Source: an uncultured Verrucomicrobiae bacterium (GTDB lineage Bacteria > Chlamydiota > Chlamydiia > Chlamydiales > Rhabdochlamydiaceae). Taken from it: a stretch of 64,000 nucleotides of DNA. The position numbers and the translations under genes were made by a program. The notes under the pieces were generated by a model. That model was given only the letters and a program-made list of their open reading frames with translations. It was not told the DNA's origin and ran no database searches. The stretch covers positions 145,294 through 209,293 of the forward strand of contig CAWDYW010000002.1 of the NCBI GenBank assembly GCA_963806855.1, read 5' to 3'. Positions 50,616 to 60,691 of the stretch are shown in pieces. The stretch's first letter is position 1; every line of letters begins with the position of its first letter.

Positions 50616-51296
50616 TTAAAATGCTGCTGCTAATGACAAGGCGCATAGGGCAGCTGTCTCGGCGCGGAGAATGTGGGGGTTGAGTTTGATCCCTTTGGCC
50701 CGTTGCTTTAACCATTGTTCTTCTTTTGACGAAAACCCTTTTTCGGGGCCGATGAAGATGGTGACATCACCAGAGGAGTGGAAGGGGGCTTGGGAGTGGA
50801 GGTCACCGAAGAAGAGCTCTCCTGGGGGCATTTGGGTCCATTTGGCAAGTGGGGGCATTTCGACGATCTGGGGCAAGTCGAGCCTGCCACATTGTTTGAG
50901 GGCGGAGATGGTGAGGGTGTGGAGCCTTTGGGACTGGTTCGCACTTAGGCTCTCTTTTTCGCTTCGTTCGCCGGGGAAGAGCCAGAAGGCTGTCGCTCCG
51001 AGTTCGGTCCCTTTTTCGATGACGAGGTCGAGGTTTTTGGGGCGGAGGTAGGCTAGAGCGAGGATGATTTGTCGGGGGGGAGGGGAGCCGTTTGTGATGC
51101 TCTGCATCTCGAGGGTGGCGCTATTTTTTTCCAGTGATGTGATTTTGGCGTGGGCAAGCTGATTCTGGCCATTGACGAGTTCGATGAGGTCTCCAACGTT
51201 GCCGCGCATCACTTTGAGGTGGTGGAACTCTTCTCCATCGAGTTTTACGGATCCTTTGTGGAAGGGGGCGTTTAGAAAAAAGCGGTTCTCAGGCAT
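50616..51296 (-). CDS. rsmE: 16S rRNA m3U1498 methyltransferase
   Basis: EKGTELG, KQCGR, IGPEKGF and ILRAETA motifs. Confidence 0.93.
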   Translation of the reverse strand: MPENRFFLNAPFHKGSVKLDGEEFHHLKVMRGNVGDLIELVNGQNQLAHAKITSLEKNSATLEMQSITNGSPPPRQIILALAYLRPKNLDLVIEKGTELGATAFWLFPGERSEKESLSANQSQRLHTLTISALKQCGRLDLPQIVEMPPLAKWTQMPPGELFFGDLHSQAPFHSSGDVTIFIGPEKGFSSKEEQWLKQRAKGIKLNPHILRAETAALCALSLAAAF

Positions 51297-52479
51297 TTTT
51301 CACCATGGTTTGGAGCTCGGCAAAGGTTTTGGGGCAAATGGCTGTCACGGCCGATCGCTTTAGGTAGTGTTTGTTGATCTCCTTGTTGCCGGTGAAGTTG
51401 ATGATCAGTTTGAAGCGGAGGTCGTCGAGAAACAGCTCTTGTGGGGTGGTGTAGGGATGGATTTCGGCATCGAGTTGGGGGATGTGGTTTTTCGGGACGA
51501 AGATGGCGAGCTGTTCGGTCGGGTAGACGGTGCGGATTTGGGGGATGTCGCGCAGGAGGGTGTCGTCGTCTGGCAAAAAGAGGGCGATGCTGTCAAGGCG
51601 GTAGGGTCTTTTGATGACGTCGAGGGTCTGCTGTTTCCAGCGGTTGTGGACCCAGAGCCACTCTTCTGGATGGAGTTTGATGCTCTCTTGGTAGATCTCG
51701 AGCGCTTTGTCCATCATCCGTTTGATCTCGGTCTCTTTGGGGGCATCGGGATTAGGGTAGATGGGATCGGAGTAGTGGATGGTGTAGCGTCCATTTGCGC
51801 GGTGGGTGGTGGCGACGATGAGGGGGGTATTGGTCTTGTAGGCGAGCATGGCGGGGACGGGGGAGGTCCAAGCGAGGCGGCCTAAGAAATTGCTCGAGTA
51901 GCCGCTGCCCGGCATCCCTTGATCGCCGACGATGCCGAGGAAGAGGCCATTTTTCAAGCCGCGGAGGCCCTCTTTGATTGCATTTTTGGGTGTGATGATG
52001 GTCCCGCCAAATTTTTGACGCATGTTTTGGACCCAAGCGTAGAGGTAGCGGTTCTTGATGGGGCGGCCGATGGCAATTCCTGGCATACGTGAGCTCCCTT
52101 CGAGGAAAAGCAGCTCCCAGTTGGCTTGGTGGCCGCAGAAGAAGATGAGCCCTCTGCCTTGGGCCATGATTTCGTCAGCTTTTTCGTGGTTTTCGCAGGT
52201 GACGATGTTGTGGATGTCTTTTTCGCGCGCCAGTTTCGCATACTCGAGGCAGGTGATCATCAGGCTTTGTAGGCTCTCTTTGGCGATGCGGCGGACCTCT
52301 TCATTGGAGAGATGGAGGTCGGTGGCCAGGGCGAGGTTACTTAGCGCTCGCTTGCGGAATTTGGGGATGAGGAAGTAGACAGCGGTGCCGAGTTTACGGC
52401 CAATCGCATGGACCGCCTTGTAGGGGAGGTAGGCGAAGGGGAGGGTGAGAAGGCGGATTAGGAGGTAGCTGATAAGCAT
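51289..52479 (-). CDS. htrB: Lipid A lauroyl/late acyltransferase with chlamydial C-terminal extension
   Basis: GHQANWE, GDQ and PEEWLWVHNRWK motifs. Confidence 0.85.
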   Translation of the reverse strand: MLISYLLIRLLTLPFAYLPYKAVHAIGRKLGTAVYFLIPKFRKRALSNLALATDLHLSNEEVRRIAKESLQSLMITCLEYAKLAREKDIHNIVTCENHEKADEIMAQGRGLIFFCGHQANWELLFLEGSSRMPGIAIGRPIKNRYLYAWVQNMRQKFGGTIITPKNAIKEGLRGLKNGLFLGIVGDQGMPGSGYSSNFLGRLAWTSPVPAMLAYKTNTPLIVATTHRANGRYTIHYSDPIYPNPDAPKETEIKRMMDKALEIYQESIKLHPEEWLWVHNRWKQQTLDVIKRPYRLDSIALFLPDDDTLLRDIPQIRTVYPTEQLAIFVPKNHIPQLDAEIHPYTTPQELFLDDLRFKLIINFTGNKEINKHYLKRSAVTAICPKTFAELQTMVKNA

Positions 52480-53546
52480 TTTTCAATATAGGTGTTAAGT
52501 TGGTTTGCAAAATCGAGGTGCTTCACCGACTGGCGGATCTTGAGGGCGCTTTGGATGGTTTTAGGATGGGAGAGAGCTTTTTCTAGTGGAGCTTGCAGAT
52601 CCCTCAAGTCTTCGATGATGACGCCGGTTTCGGGGGTGAGCACTTCGGCACCGCCGTTGGTTTTCGAGCTGACGACGAAAAGGCCCATGGCGAGGGCTTC
52701 GGTGGTCACGTTGGCAAAGGGGTCGTAGAAGGAGGGGATTACGAGGCAGTCGGCTTGCTGCAAAAAGGGGCGGACATCTTCTTGGGGGCCAAAGAAGTTG
52801 ACAGGGAGCCCTCGGGCCATCTGCTCGAACTGTTTTTGGTTTTTATCTTTGCCGACGACAGAGAGGTGAAAATCGGTCCCTTTGAGCTGTTTGAGTCCCA
52901 AGAGCAAATTGGAGAGTCCTTTTCGCTTAAAGTTGCTCCCCAAAAAGAGCAGTTCAAATCGATCGCTCTTTTTTTGGGTTGGCCAAGCATCAAAGCTCTC
53001 TTGCCACTTTGCCCATTCAACTCCGTTGTGGACCACTTCGATCTTTTCGGGGGCGATGTTGTAATGGGAGAGAATCTCATTTTTGACGAGGTTGGAATTG
53101 GCAAAGAGCACTTTGAGGTCGGGATGCTCAAAGCTCTTCTTTTCGATATGCAGCAGGGTCGCATGGAGGGGGTTGAGGTTGTGTCTAAATGATAGCCAAC
53201 GTGGTTCAAATTGTTTGCGGTGCTCGAGGAACGAGCGGTGCACTCCGGAGCCTGCTCTGAGATGGGTCTGGAAGGAGTTGCGATCGTGGCCAAAGACGAT
53301 CTCTGCCGGGTGCTGCTCGAGGTATCGTTTGCAAAATGCGTCGAATTCCAAGACTTTGCCAAAGCTCGTCACGCTCTTGTGGCGGTGGCTGATCACTTCA
53401 AACGGGAACGATCCGGTCGCATCGGTGGTGAGCACGGTCACTTTGCACCCTTTTTTGTGAAAGGCGTCGGCAAGGCAGCGGGCATATTTTTCCGCTCCGC
53501 CCTGCATTGTGAAACGGCTTTTTAAAATGGTGATCGATCGGGTCAT
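52458..53546 (-). CDS. Glycosyltransferase family 4 (WabG/RfaG-like)
   Basis: GGAEKY, HNGV, RKGL and YDPFANVTTEALAMG motifs. Confidence 0.88.
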   Translation of the reverse strand: MTRSITILKSRFTMQGGAEKYARCLADAFHKKGCKVTVLTTDATGSFPFEVISHRHKSVTSFGKVLEFDAFCKRYLEQHPAEIVFGHDRNSFQTHLRAGSGVHRSFLEHRKQFEPRWLSFRHNLNPLHATLLHIEKKSFEHPDLKVLFANSNLVKNEILSHYNIAPEKIEVVHNGVEWAKWQESFDAWPTQKKSDRFELLFLGSNFKRKGLSNLLLGLKQLKGTDFHLSVVGKDKNQKQFEQMARGLPVNFFGPQEDVRPFLQQADCLVIPSFYDPFANVTTEALAMGLFVVSSKTNGGAEVLTPETGVIIEDLRDLQAPLEKALSHPKTIQSALKIRQSVKHLDFANQLNTYIEKCLSATS

Positions 53547-54841
53547 TCTTTTCGGAATAGTGCTGAGTTGGGAAGAGGCAGCGATCCCTCTTCGATCATC
53601 ACTTTATTGTCTTTGAGGTGGATGTGCATCTCGAGCCGTTTATCATCGGAGAGATAGAGTTGGAAGCGGTTCATGTAGCTGCGGAAGCGGTTGCGGAGAT
53701 ACTCTTCGCGCACCAGCGGCTGCAGCTCGCGCACTTCGGTATCCGAGACATCGGCCATCATGACCGAGACAAAGCGATCTTCGAGGAGCCTTGGATTGAT
53801 GAATTCGATGCTCCAGTTGAGGTACTGATTTTCAATCGTTGGGTCGACAATCACATTGATCTGCATCATCTGCTCAACGATGCGAACAAAGAGCTGAGAG
53901 ACCCCTTTTGCATAGAGCGGCTTGGAGAAGAGGATGAGGCCATCTCGCTGTTGCAATAGTGGTGAAGGGCCCCAGGTGACTGTTTGGGGATTGTAGGAGT
54001 CGAGTTTCTCAGTTGGGAAATAGAGAGAAACTGGAATTTCCGAATCGACCGGCAGCAGCGAGACCCTGACGAAGTCAATGCGCAATTCTTTGGCTGCGGG
54101 GTCGTCGATTTCAATTGGTACATCGGACAGAAGGGGGATATTGACCCGCTTCCACTGCTCAGGGACGAAGAAAGAGACCGCATCGCCTTGGGGAGAATTG
54201 GGAAGGGAGCGGAGAGAGTCGAGCTCGGTCTTGGTGATGTCATTGAGGTCAAAAGTGAGCCGAATGCCCTTTGCTTTCAGCCGTTTGATCACCTCTTCTG
54301 GCCCACTGACGTTCATGTTGAGCTGATAGGGCCAAATATCGAGATATTGGTAGTCGCGCGGCGCCTCGCCAATTGGCTGTGTAATGAAAATCGGGATCTT
54401 TTCGGTGACGAGCCTGGTCAACCGGATGATGACGCTCGAGGAAGAGACGCGAGTAATCCCCTTGTTGAGATCGATTTCAGGATTGAGCGAGGTGACGTTG
54501 CGTTTTGAAATTGAGGCGATCCATTCTCCTTTCTTATTTTGGGCGTCGATCACAATTTCGAGGTCATTCGACGTCAATTCATCGAGCACCGTCTTATTGC
54601 CCACCAGCGTGAGCGTATGCCTCTTTGTCAGAATTCCATTGGCTTGCAAATCGACAATCGTCTGCCCAGCCGCAATGTTGATCACCCTCACCGGAATGTT
54701 GCTGATCGTGCGCGAAGTGATGAGCGACTGATTGACCAAGAACCAAATGATGACCGCAAGCACCACCGCGGTGAGCTTTCGCTGCCAATTTTCCAGAAAG
54801 ATTTTGCGCAGGAGCGTGATCATTTTTTCAGCCACTCCCAC
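53543..54841 (-). CDS. ybbR: YbbR/CdaR-like diadenylate cyclase regulator
   Basis: NWQRKL...IWFLV anchor; directly downstream of dacA. Confidence 0.8.
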   Translation of the reverse strand: MGVAEKMITLLRKIFLENWQRKLTAVVLAVIIWFLVNQSLITSRTISNIPVRVINIAAGQTIVDLQANGILTKRHTLTLVGNKTVLDELTSNDLEIVIDAQNKKGEWIASISKRNVTSLNPEIDLNKGITRVSSSSVIIRLTRLVTEKIPIFITQPIGEAPRDYQYLDIWPYQLNMNVSGPEEVIKRLKAKGIRLTFDLNDITKTELDSLRSLPNSPQGDAVSFFVPEQWKRVNIPLLSDVPIEIDDPAAKELRIDFVRVSLLPVDSEIPVSLYFPTEKLDSYNPQTVTWGPSPLLQQRDGLILFSKPLYAKGVSQLFVRIVEQMMQINVIVDPTIENQYLNWSIEFINPRLLEDRFVSVMMADVSDTEVRELQPLVREEYLRNRFRSYMNRFQLYLSDDKRLEMHIHLKDNKVMIEEGSLPLPNSALFRKE

Positions 54842-55626
54842 AATCTGAAGTTGCCTTTGTATTCGCTCTCTTGGGGCGGGGTGAAAATGCTCCGGATGAT
54901 CGCCTTAAAGCGGTCGATCTTAATGCCTCGCGTCATCACCCCTTCGCGCGCGATCGACACCTTCCCGGTCTCTTCCGAAATCACAATAATCAGCGCATCG
55001 GTCTGCTGGCTTAACCCCAGTGCAGCCCGGTGGCGTGTCCCCATCGTGTAGGCCAGTTGCGACGACTCCTCAGCGAGCGGCAAAATCACCGAAGCGGCCA
55101 AAATCGTCTGTTGCCGGATGATAACGGCCCCATCGTGAAGAGGGGTCGTCGCGGCAAAGATCGATTCGAGCAATTCGGGAGTAAAGTTCGACCTGAGCAT
55201 CACCGCCTTGCTCGCATAATCCTCCAGAACATCTTCATGCTCGAGAACAATCAGCGCCCCGATTCGTTTCTCTGCCAACCGATAAACCGAGTTGGCCAGT
55301 TGGTCGAGGAAGCGGTCGAATTCCGAAAATTCTTTAAAGCGGCGCCCCTTTAAACTCAATTTTGATAACGCAGCCCTCAGTTCGGGTTGGAAAATGATGA
55401 TGATGGCAATCAATAGAATGTTGGAGACCGTGATCAAAATCTGGTGCAGGATCGGGAGTTTCAGCCACGAAGAGGCAGCCAGGATCAGCATAAAAGCGAG
55501 CAACCCAATGACAAGGTCTTTTGAGCGGGTATTCCAGAAAAAGGAGAGTAAATAATTGAGCATGATCGCGATGATCAACATCTCAATGAATGGTGCTACC
55601 GAAAGGAACATCCCCAATTTCTCCAA
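54820..55626 (-). CDS. dacA: Diadenylate cyclase
   Basis: Three TM helices, PLHDGA, GTRHRAA and SEETG motifs. Confidence 0.95.
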   Translation of the reverse strand: MEKLGMFLSVAPFIEMLIIAIMLNYLLSFFWNTRSKDLVIGLLAFMLILAASSWLKLPILHQILITVSNILLIAIIIIFQPELRAALSKLSLKGRRFKEFSEFDRFLDQLANSVYRLAEKRIGALIVLEHEDVLEDYASKAVMLRSNFTPELLESIFAATTPLHDGAVIIRQQTILAASVILPLAEESSQLAYTMGTRHRAALGLSQQTDALIIVISEETGKVSIAREGVMTRGIKIDRFKAIIRSIFTPPQESEYKGNFRLWEWLKK

Positions 55627-55662
55627 AAGATTACGGTCATTCTCCTAAAAAATACAAAAAAG

Positions 55663-56253
55663 TCAAAGGAATTTGTGTTTTAGTTGTGCTGGAAAGCCAA
55701 CGACCGCCTCATAGCACTGCAACAGGTGGTTGACCCCGTTCATCGCGCGATGAGGTTTGGCCTCTGGAGGGAGTTGATAGGCTTCGGAAATTTTATCTTT
55801 GGATACGCCGTTTTCCCAGGGGGCCGATTCCTGCTTGATCTTGACGGCCCAGTACATCGAGGCGAGGTCGAGCCAGTGGTAGGGCCAGCCGAGCGATTCT
55901 TGCAGGTCTGGATCGATCAATTGCGAGAAAAAGGCACGGTCGAAAGAGGGGTTTTGGCAGATGAAGATCGCCTCATTGCGCCTGACTCCGTTGCGGGCAA
56001 ACGCGGTGATGATCGCCCCGGCAATCTTCTCAGGAGAGATCCCTTCGCAGACTTTTTCCCAAGTAAAACCGTTGACGAGTAAGCTATGGGGATCGGCTCG
56101 GTCCCAGTTCGTTTTGCTCTGAGCAACAACCGCCTCATAAGAACTTTTCAACTCGCCTGTCTCGACATCGATGATCTTGTAAGCCACCTCGAGAATGCAG
56201 TGCTTGTGAGGATTTAATCCACTCGTCTCTGAATCTAAAAAAACACCCAGCAT
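55663..56253 (-). CDS. DEDDh 3'-5' exonuclease
   Basis: DSETSG, QNPSFD and HRA motifs. Confidence 0.85.
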   Translation of the reverse strand: MLGVFLDSETSGLNPHKHCILEVAYKIIDVETGELKSSYEAVVAQSKTNWDRADPHSLLVNGFTWEKVCEGISPEKIAGAIITAFARNGVRRNEAIFICQNPSFDRAFFSQLIDPDLQESLGWPYHWLDLASMYWAVKIKQESAPWENGVSKDKISEAYQLPPEAKPHRAMNGVNHLLQCYEAVVGFPAQLKHKFL

Positions 56254-56327
56254 AATTTTTAAGTCTAGCAGGAAGTTATTGACACTTCAATTAAAATTTA
56301 TTATGCATATGAAAAAAGGTGGATTTC

Positions 56328-56792
56328 ATGGAAAGAGATATTGGGATGAGCAAAGAAGAGAGAGCGAACGTCAGTGGCGGACTGGCAAAGCTGCTGGCTG
56401 ACATGTATGTGCTCTATATCAAAACTCAAAATTTTCACTATAATATCCATGGTCCCGAATTCTACGCTCTCCATTTACTCTCTGAGAAATTTTATACCCA
56501 AATGGCCGAATCGATCGATGAGGTTGCCGAGCGGATCAGGTCTCTTGGTTTTTTTGTCGATGCGACGATGAGCTCCTTCCTCAAATTGAGCTCAGTGACC
56601 GAAGATAATCAGGTCAATCCAAAGCTCAAAATGATCGAAGATCTAATCAAGGGTCTCGAAGTGGTCATCCGCGAGGGGCGCAAGGTCTCAGAACTGGCTG
56701 AAAAAAACCACGATGCCGCCACCGTCGATCTCCTGGGGCGCACCATCGGTTTTTATGAAAAAGCTGACTGGATGCTCCGTAGCCAAATCTAA
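56328..56792 (+). CDS. dps: DNA starvation/stationary-phase protection protein
   Basis: NFHYNIHG, DEVAERI and WML motifs. Confidence 0.9.
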   Translation: MERDIGMSKEERANVSGGLAKLLADMYVLYIKTQNFHYNIHGPEFYALHLLSEKFYTQMAESIDEVAERIRSLGFFVDATMSSFLKLSSVTEDNQVNPKLKMIEDLIKGLEVVIREGRKVSELAEKNHDAATVDLLGRTIGFYEKADWMLRSQI

Positions 56793-56861
56793 ATTAAATA
56801 TTCCTAATTGCCTAATTCTATAATTGCGTGTATAATTTGCTGAATTAATATAGGTGTTAAA

Positions 56862-57326
56862 ATGGCAATTAATGAAGTAAATAATTATTTGGTAAACGGT
56901 CAATTGGACCTCACGATCGTTCCTCGTGAAAAATCTCGCGATGTTGAGGAGAGCTGTGTCAATTTGGCTCGGATGGAAAGACTAAAGGCCGCCGGCTTCA
57001 TGATCCTCAGCGGTACTGCAGCCCTCGGCGATAAGGTTTTAATGCCTCTGGCCGTTGCCATAGTCGCTTTCGAAGTGGCTGACCTCGCCGCTGGGATTCT
57101 TCTTCTGCCGCTAATTATCATTTATCCGCTCTATAGCCTGACATCTAGTCTCGTCGGAATTTGCGGCGGTTTGGCTGCGTTCGGCCTCTATATGGGCTAT
57201 CGTGATTTAATTGCGCCAAATGTAAAAAATTATTCGGATGAGTTTTTCAAGAAAGCTTTGACTCATTGGAAAGATTCTAATGATTGGTACACCCAAGCAG
57301 AGCGTGTAACAACTTTTTTTGCTTAA
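56862..57326 (+). CDS. Hypothetical protein with long bilobed hydrophobic domain (Inc-like)
   Basis: About 60-aa hydrophobic stretch; Inc-like label is inference. Confidence 0.6.
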   Translation: MAINEVNNYLVNGQLDLTIVPREKSRDVEESCVNLARMERLKAAGFMILSGTAALGDKVLMPLAVAIVAFEVADLAAGILLLPLIIIYPLYSLTSSLVGICGGLAAFGLYMGYRDLIAPNVKNYSDEFFKKALTHWKDSNDWYTQAERVTTFFA

Positions 57327-57330
57327 AATC

Positions 57331-57350
57331 TTTTCAGCGCAAAGACGCAA
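57331..57350. repeat. Left half-arm of family 2 palindrome
   Basis: ttttcagcgcaaagacgcaa. Confidence 0.55.
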
Positions 57351-57417
57351 TAAACAAATAATAATCGACAAAAATTAATATATTAAGTAAAATATTTTAC
57401 GAAATTAGTGGTGGTTA

Positions 57418-58657
57418 ATGCAAAGAATTGATGTTGCAAATCCTTATCCAGCAGCCGGATACCAGATGCGAGGGAATGCCCCCAAAGCTAAAATAGTGGA
57501 ATATGTCCCCAGAATCCTTACACAACTGGGCAATCCTAATGCCAAGCCACTTAGGGGTAGAGTGATAGACACAAAAAATTTCGACATGGCTTGCGCGAAT
57601 ATTTTAGACAATAATTATGGAATCCCCTTAAAAATATTTCATGGACTCCTACGATCATTCGGAGGACCGGCACTATTGCTTAGACAATTTTTTGATAAAA
57701 CACCTGAAAAGAATGCGTCAGGAGAGGGGCTAAGAAATGAGCACTTTTACTTAGCATTTATCACGAAGGGTAAGAAAGGAGCTGATTTTTTCTCTGTAGC
57801 TCGAACGGCTTTTCGCGAAGCCAAGGATCGAAACTTAAGCGATGTCGGGACCTATGCAAGCTATATCGTTGCAGCCGGCAAAAATGGGGAATTTGAAGAG
57901 GCAAAGGCGGCGTTTCAAGAGGCCAAGGAGCGAAACTTAAGCGATGTCGTGACCTATGCAAGCTATATCGATGCAGCCGGCAAAAATGGAAAATTTGAAG
58001 AGGCACAGGCGGCGTTTCAAGAGGCCAAGGAGCGAAACTTAAGCAATGTCGTGACTTATGCAAGCTATATCGATGCAGCCGGCAAAAATGGAAAATTTAA
58101 AGAGGCAAAGGCGGCGTTTCAAGAGGCCAAAGATCGAAACTTAAGCAATGTCGTGACCTATAATAGCTATATCGATGCAGCCGGAAAAAATGGAGAATTT
58201 GAAGAGTCAAGGTCGGCATTTAAAGAGGCCAAGGATCGAAACTTAAGCAATGTCGTGACCTATGTAACCTATATTGATTGTCTTTATCTTTCTAATGAAC
58301 AGACTTCAGGAATGGAGCTGTTCTGCTCTATGCTGCTACCAAATTTACAAAAAAAGAAAAAAAGAGGTTTTTGATCTTCATGATTTGTCTTATGGAGCGG
58401 CGATTTTTTATTTAGATCATATTTTTAAAAGAGCGGAACTTCCAGATAGAATTCGGATCATTACAGGTCGAGGTATCCATTCCACTAAAGATCACCTACA
58501 AATGATGCGCGATCGTTGTGAAGCTTGGACTAAGGAACGCCTAATAAATTGGAAAATCATTGAGAAAAATTTAGGCAACCTTGTTTTAGAGCGGCAGCAG
58601 AGAAAACCAATTCAGTGGAAGCCCCTGGCAGAAGCGTTTGTCTTAAATAAAAAATAA
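57418..58657 (+). CDS. PPR-like repeat protein (4 full repeats) with Smr domain; frameshifted at the A-tract near 58350
   Basis: VVTYASYIDAAGKNG repeats; DLHDLS...RIITGRGIHS in the second frame. Confidence 0.85.
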
Positions 58658-58696
58658 TTTATTAAATAAAATATATTACATAATTTGGAGTAATTA

Positions 58697-60652
58697 ATGC
58701 GAGTAAATAAAGCCGCAAATCCTTATCAAGTGCCCGGACACCAGGTGAGAGGGAAGGCTTCCAAAACTAAATTAGAGGACTTAGTCGCTGGAATCCTTAC
58801 ACAACTGGGCAATCCTAATGCCAAGCCACTTAAAGGTAGGATGGTAGACCCAAAAAATTTCGCTAATGCTTGCGAGGCTATTTTAGAAAATAATTATGCA
58901 ATCTCCTCAACAGTATTTCATGGACTCCTACGATCATTCAGAGGACCGGCGCCATTGCTGAAACAATTTTTTGATAAAACACCTGAAATGAGTGCCTCTA
59001 AAGAATCACTAAGGAATGAGTACTTTTACTCAGCATTTATCACACAAGGTATGAAGGAAGCTGCTCTTTTTCCTGTAGCGCGGATGGCATTTCAAGAGGC
59101 CAAGGATCGAAAGCTAGCGAATGTCGTGACCTATGCAAGCTATATCGATGCGGCGGGCAAAAATGGGGAATTTGAAGAGGCAAAGGCGGCGTTTCAAGAG
59201 GCCAAAGATCGAAACCTGGCGAATTTCGTGACCTATAATAGCTATATTGATGCAGCGGGCAAAAATGGAGAATTTGAAGAGGCAAAGGCGGCGTTTCAAG
59301 AGGCCAAAGATCGAAACCTGGCGAATGTCGTGACCTATTCAAGCTATATCGACGCAGCGGGCAAAAATGGAGAATTTGAAGAGGCAAAGGCGGCATTTCA
59401 AGAGGCCAAAGATCGAAACCTAACGGATGTCGTGACCTATTCAAGCTATATCGTTGCGGCCGGCAAAAATGGAGAATTTGAAGAGGCAAAGGCGGCGTTT
59501 CAAGAGGCCAAAGATCGAAACCTGGCGAATGTCGTGACCTATGCAAGCTATATCGATGCGGCGGGCAAAAATGGAGAATTTAAAGAGGCAAAGGCGGCGT
59601 TTCAAGAGGCTAAAGATCGAAACTTAAGCAATGTCGTGACTTATGCAAGCTATATCGACGCAGCGGGCAAAAATGGAGAATTTGAAGAGGCAAAGGCGGC
59701 ATTTCAAGAGGCCAAAGATCGAAACCTAACGGATGTCGTGACCTATGCAAGCTATATCGTTGCGGCCGGCAAAAATGGAGAATTTGAAGAGGCAAAGGCG
59801 GCGTTTCAAGAGGCCAAAGATCGAAACTTAAGCAATGTCGTGACCTATGCAAGCTATATCGATGCGGCGGGCAAAAATGGAGAATTTAAAGAGGCAAAGG
59901 CGGCGTTTCAAGAGGCTAAAGATCGAAACTTAAGCAATGTCGTGACTTATGCAAGCTATATCGATGCAGCCGGCAAAAATGGAAAATTTGAAGAGGCAAA
60001 GGCGGTGTTTCAAGAGGCTAAAGATCGAAACTTAAGCAATGTCGTGACCTATAATAGCACTATCGATGCGGCGGGCAAAAATGGAGAATTTAAAGAGGCA
60101 AAGGCGGCGTTTCAAGAGGCTAAAGATCGAAACTTAAGCAATGTCGTGACTTATGCAAGCTATATCGACGCAGCGGGCAAAAATGGAGAATTTGAAGAGG
60201 CAAAGGCGGCATTTAAAGAGGCCAAAGACCGAAATCTAGCGAATGCCGTGACCTATTTAACCTATATTGATTGTCTTTATCTTTCTAATGAACAGACTTC
60301 AGGAATGGAGCTGTTCTGCTCTATGCTGCTACCAAATTTACAAAAAAAAGAAAAAAAAGAGGTTTTTGATCTTCATGATTTGTCTTATGGAGCGGCGATT
60401 TTTTATTTAGATCATATTTTTAAAAGAGCGGAACTTCCAGAGAGAATTCGGATTATTACAGGTCGAGGTATCCATTCCACTAAAGATCACCTACAAATGA
60501 TGCGCGATCGTTGTGAAGCTTGGACTAAGGAACGCCTAATAAATTGGAAAATCATTGAGAAAAATTTAGGCGACCTTGTTTTAGAGCGGCAGCAGAGAAA
60601 ACCAATTCAGTGGAAGCCCCTGGCAGAAGCGTTTGTCTTAAATAAAAAATAA
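58697..60652 (+). CDS. PPR-like repeat protein (11 full repeats) with Smr domain, intact
   Basis: 34-aa repeats aligning to the PPR consensus; Smr motifs DLH and IITGRGxHS. Confidence 0.9.
   Translation: MRVNKAANPYQVPGHQVRGKASKTKLEDLVAGILTQLGNPNAKPLKGRMVDPKNFANACEAILENNYAISSTVFHGLLRSFRGPAPLLKQFFDKTPEMSASKESLRNEYFYSAFITQGMKEAALFPVARMAFQEAKDRKLANVVTYASYIDAAGKNGEFEEAKAAFQEAKDRNLANFVTYNSYIDAAGKNGEFEEAKAAFQEAKDRNLANVVTYSSYIDAAGKNGEFEEAKAAFQEAKDRNLTDVVTYSSYIVAAGKNGEFEEAKAAFQEAKDRNLANVVTYASYIDAAGKNGEFKEAKAAFQEAKDRNLSNVVTYASYIDAAGKNGEFEEAKAAFQEAKDRNLTDVVTYASYIVAAGKNGEFEEAKAAFQEAKDRNLSNVVTYASYIDAAGKNGEFKEAKAAFQEAKDRNLSNVVTYASYIDAAGKNGKFEEAKAVFQEAKDRNLSNVVTYNSTIDAAGKNGEFKEAKAAFQEAKDRNLSNVVTYASYIDAAGKNGEFEEAKAAFKEAKDRNLANAVTYLTYIDCLYLSNEQTSGMELFCSMLLPNLQKKEKKEVFDLHDLSYGAAIFYLDHIFKRAELPERIRIITGRGIHSTKDHLQMMRDRCEAWTKERLINWKIIEKNLGDLVLERQQRKPIQWKPLAEAFVLNKK
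59123..60244 (+). repeat. Coding tandem repeat, 102-bp unit x11
   Basis: Near-identical gtcgtgacctatgcaagctatatcgatgc... units; similar arrays in both neighbouring genes. Confidence 0.92.
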
Positions 60653-60691
60653 TTTATTAAATAAAATATATTACATAATTTGGAGTAATTA

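Noticed and set aside
53543..55626. dacA-ybbR as a novel signalling or defence system
   Set aside because: Known conserved chlamydial c-di-AMP module
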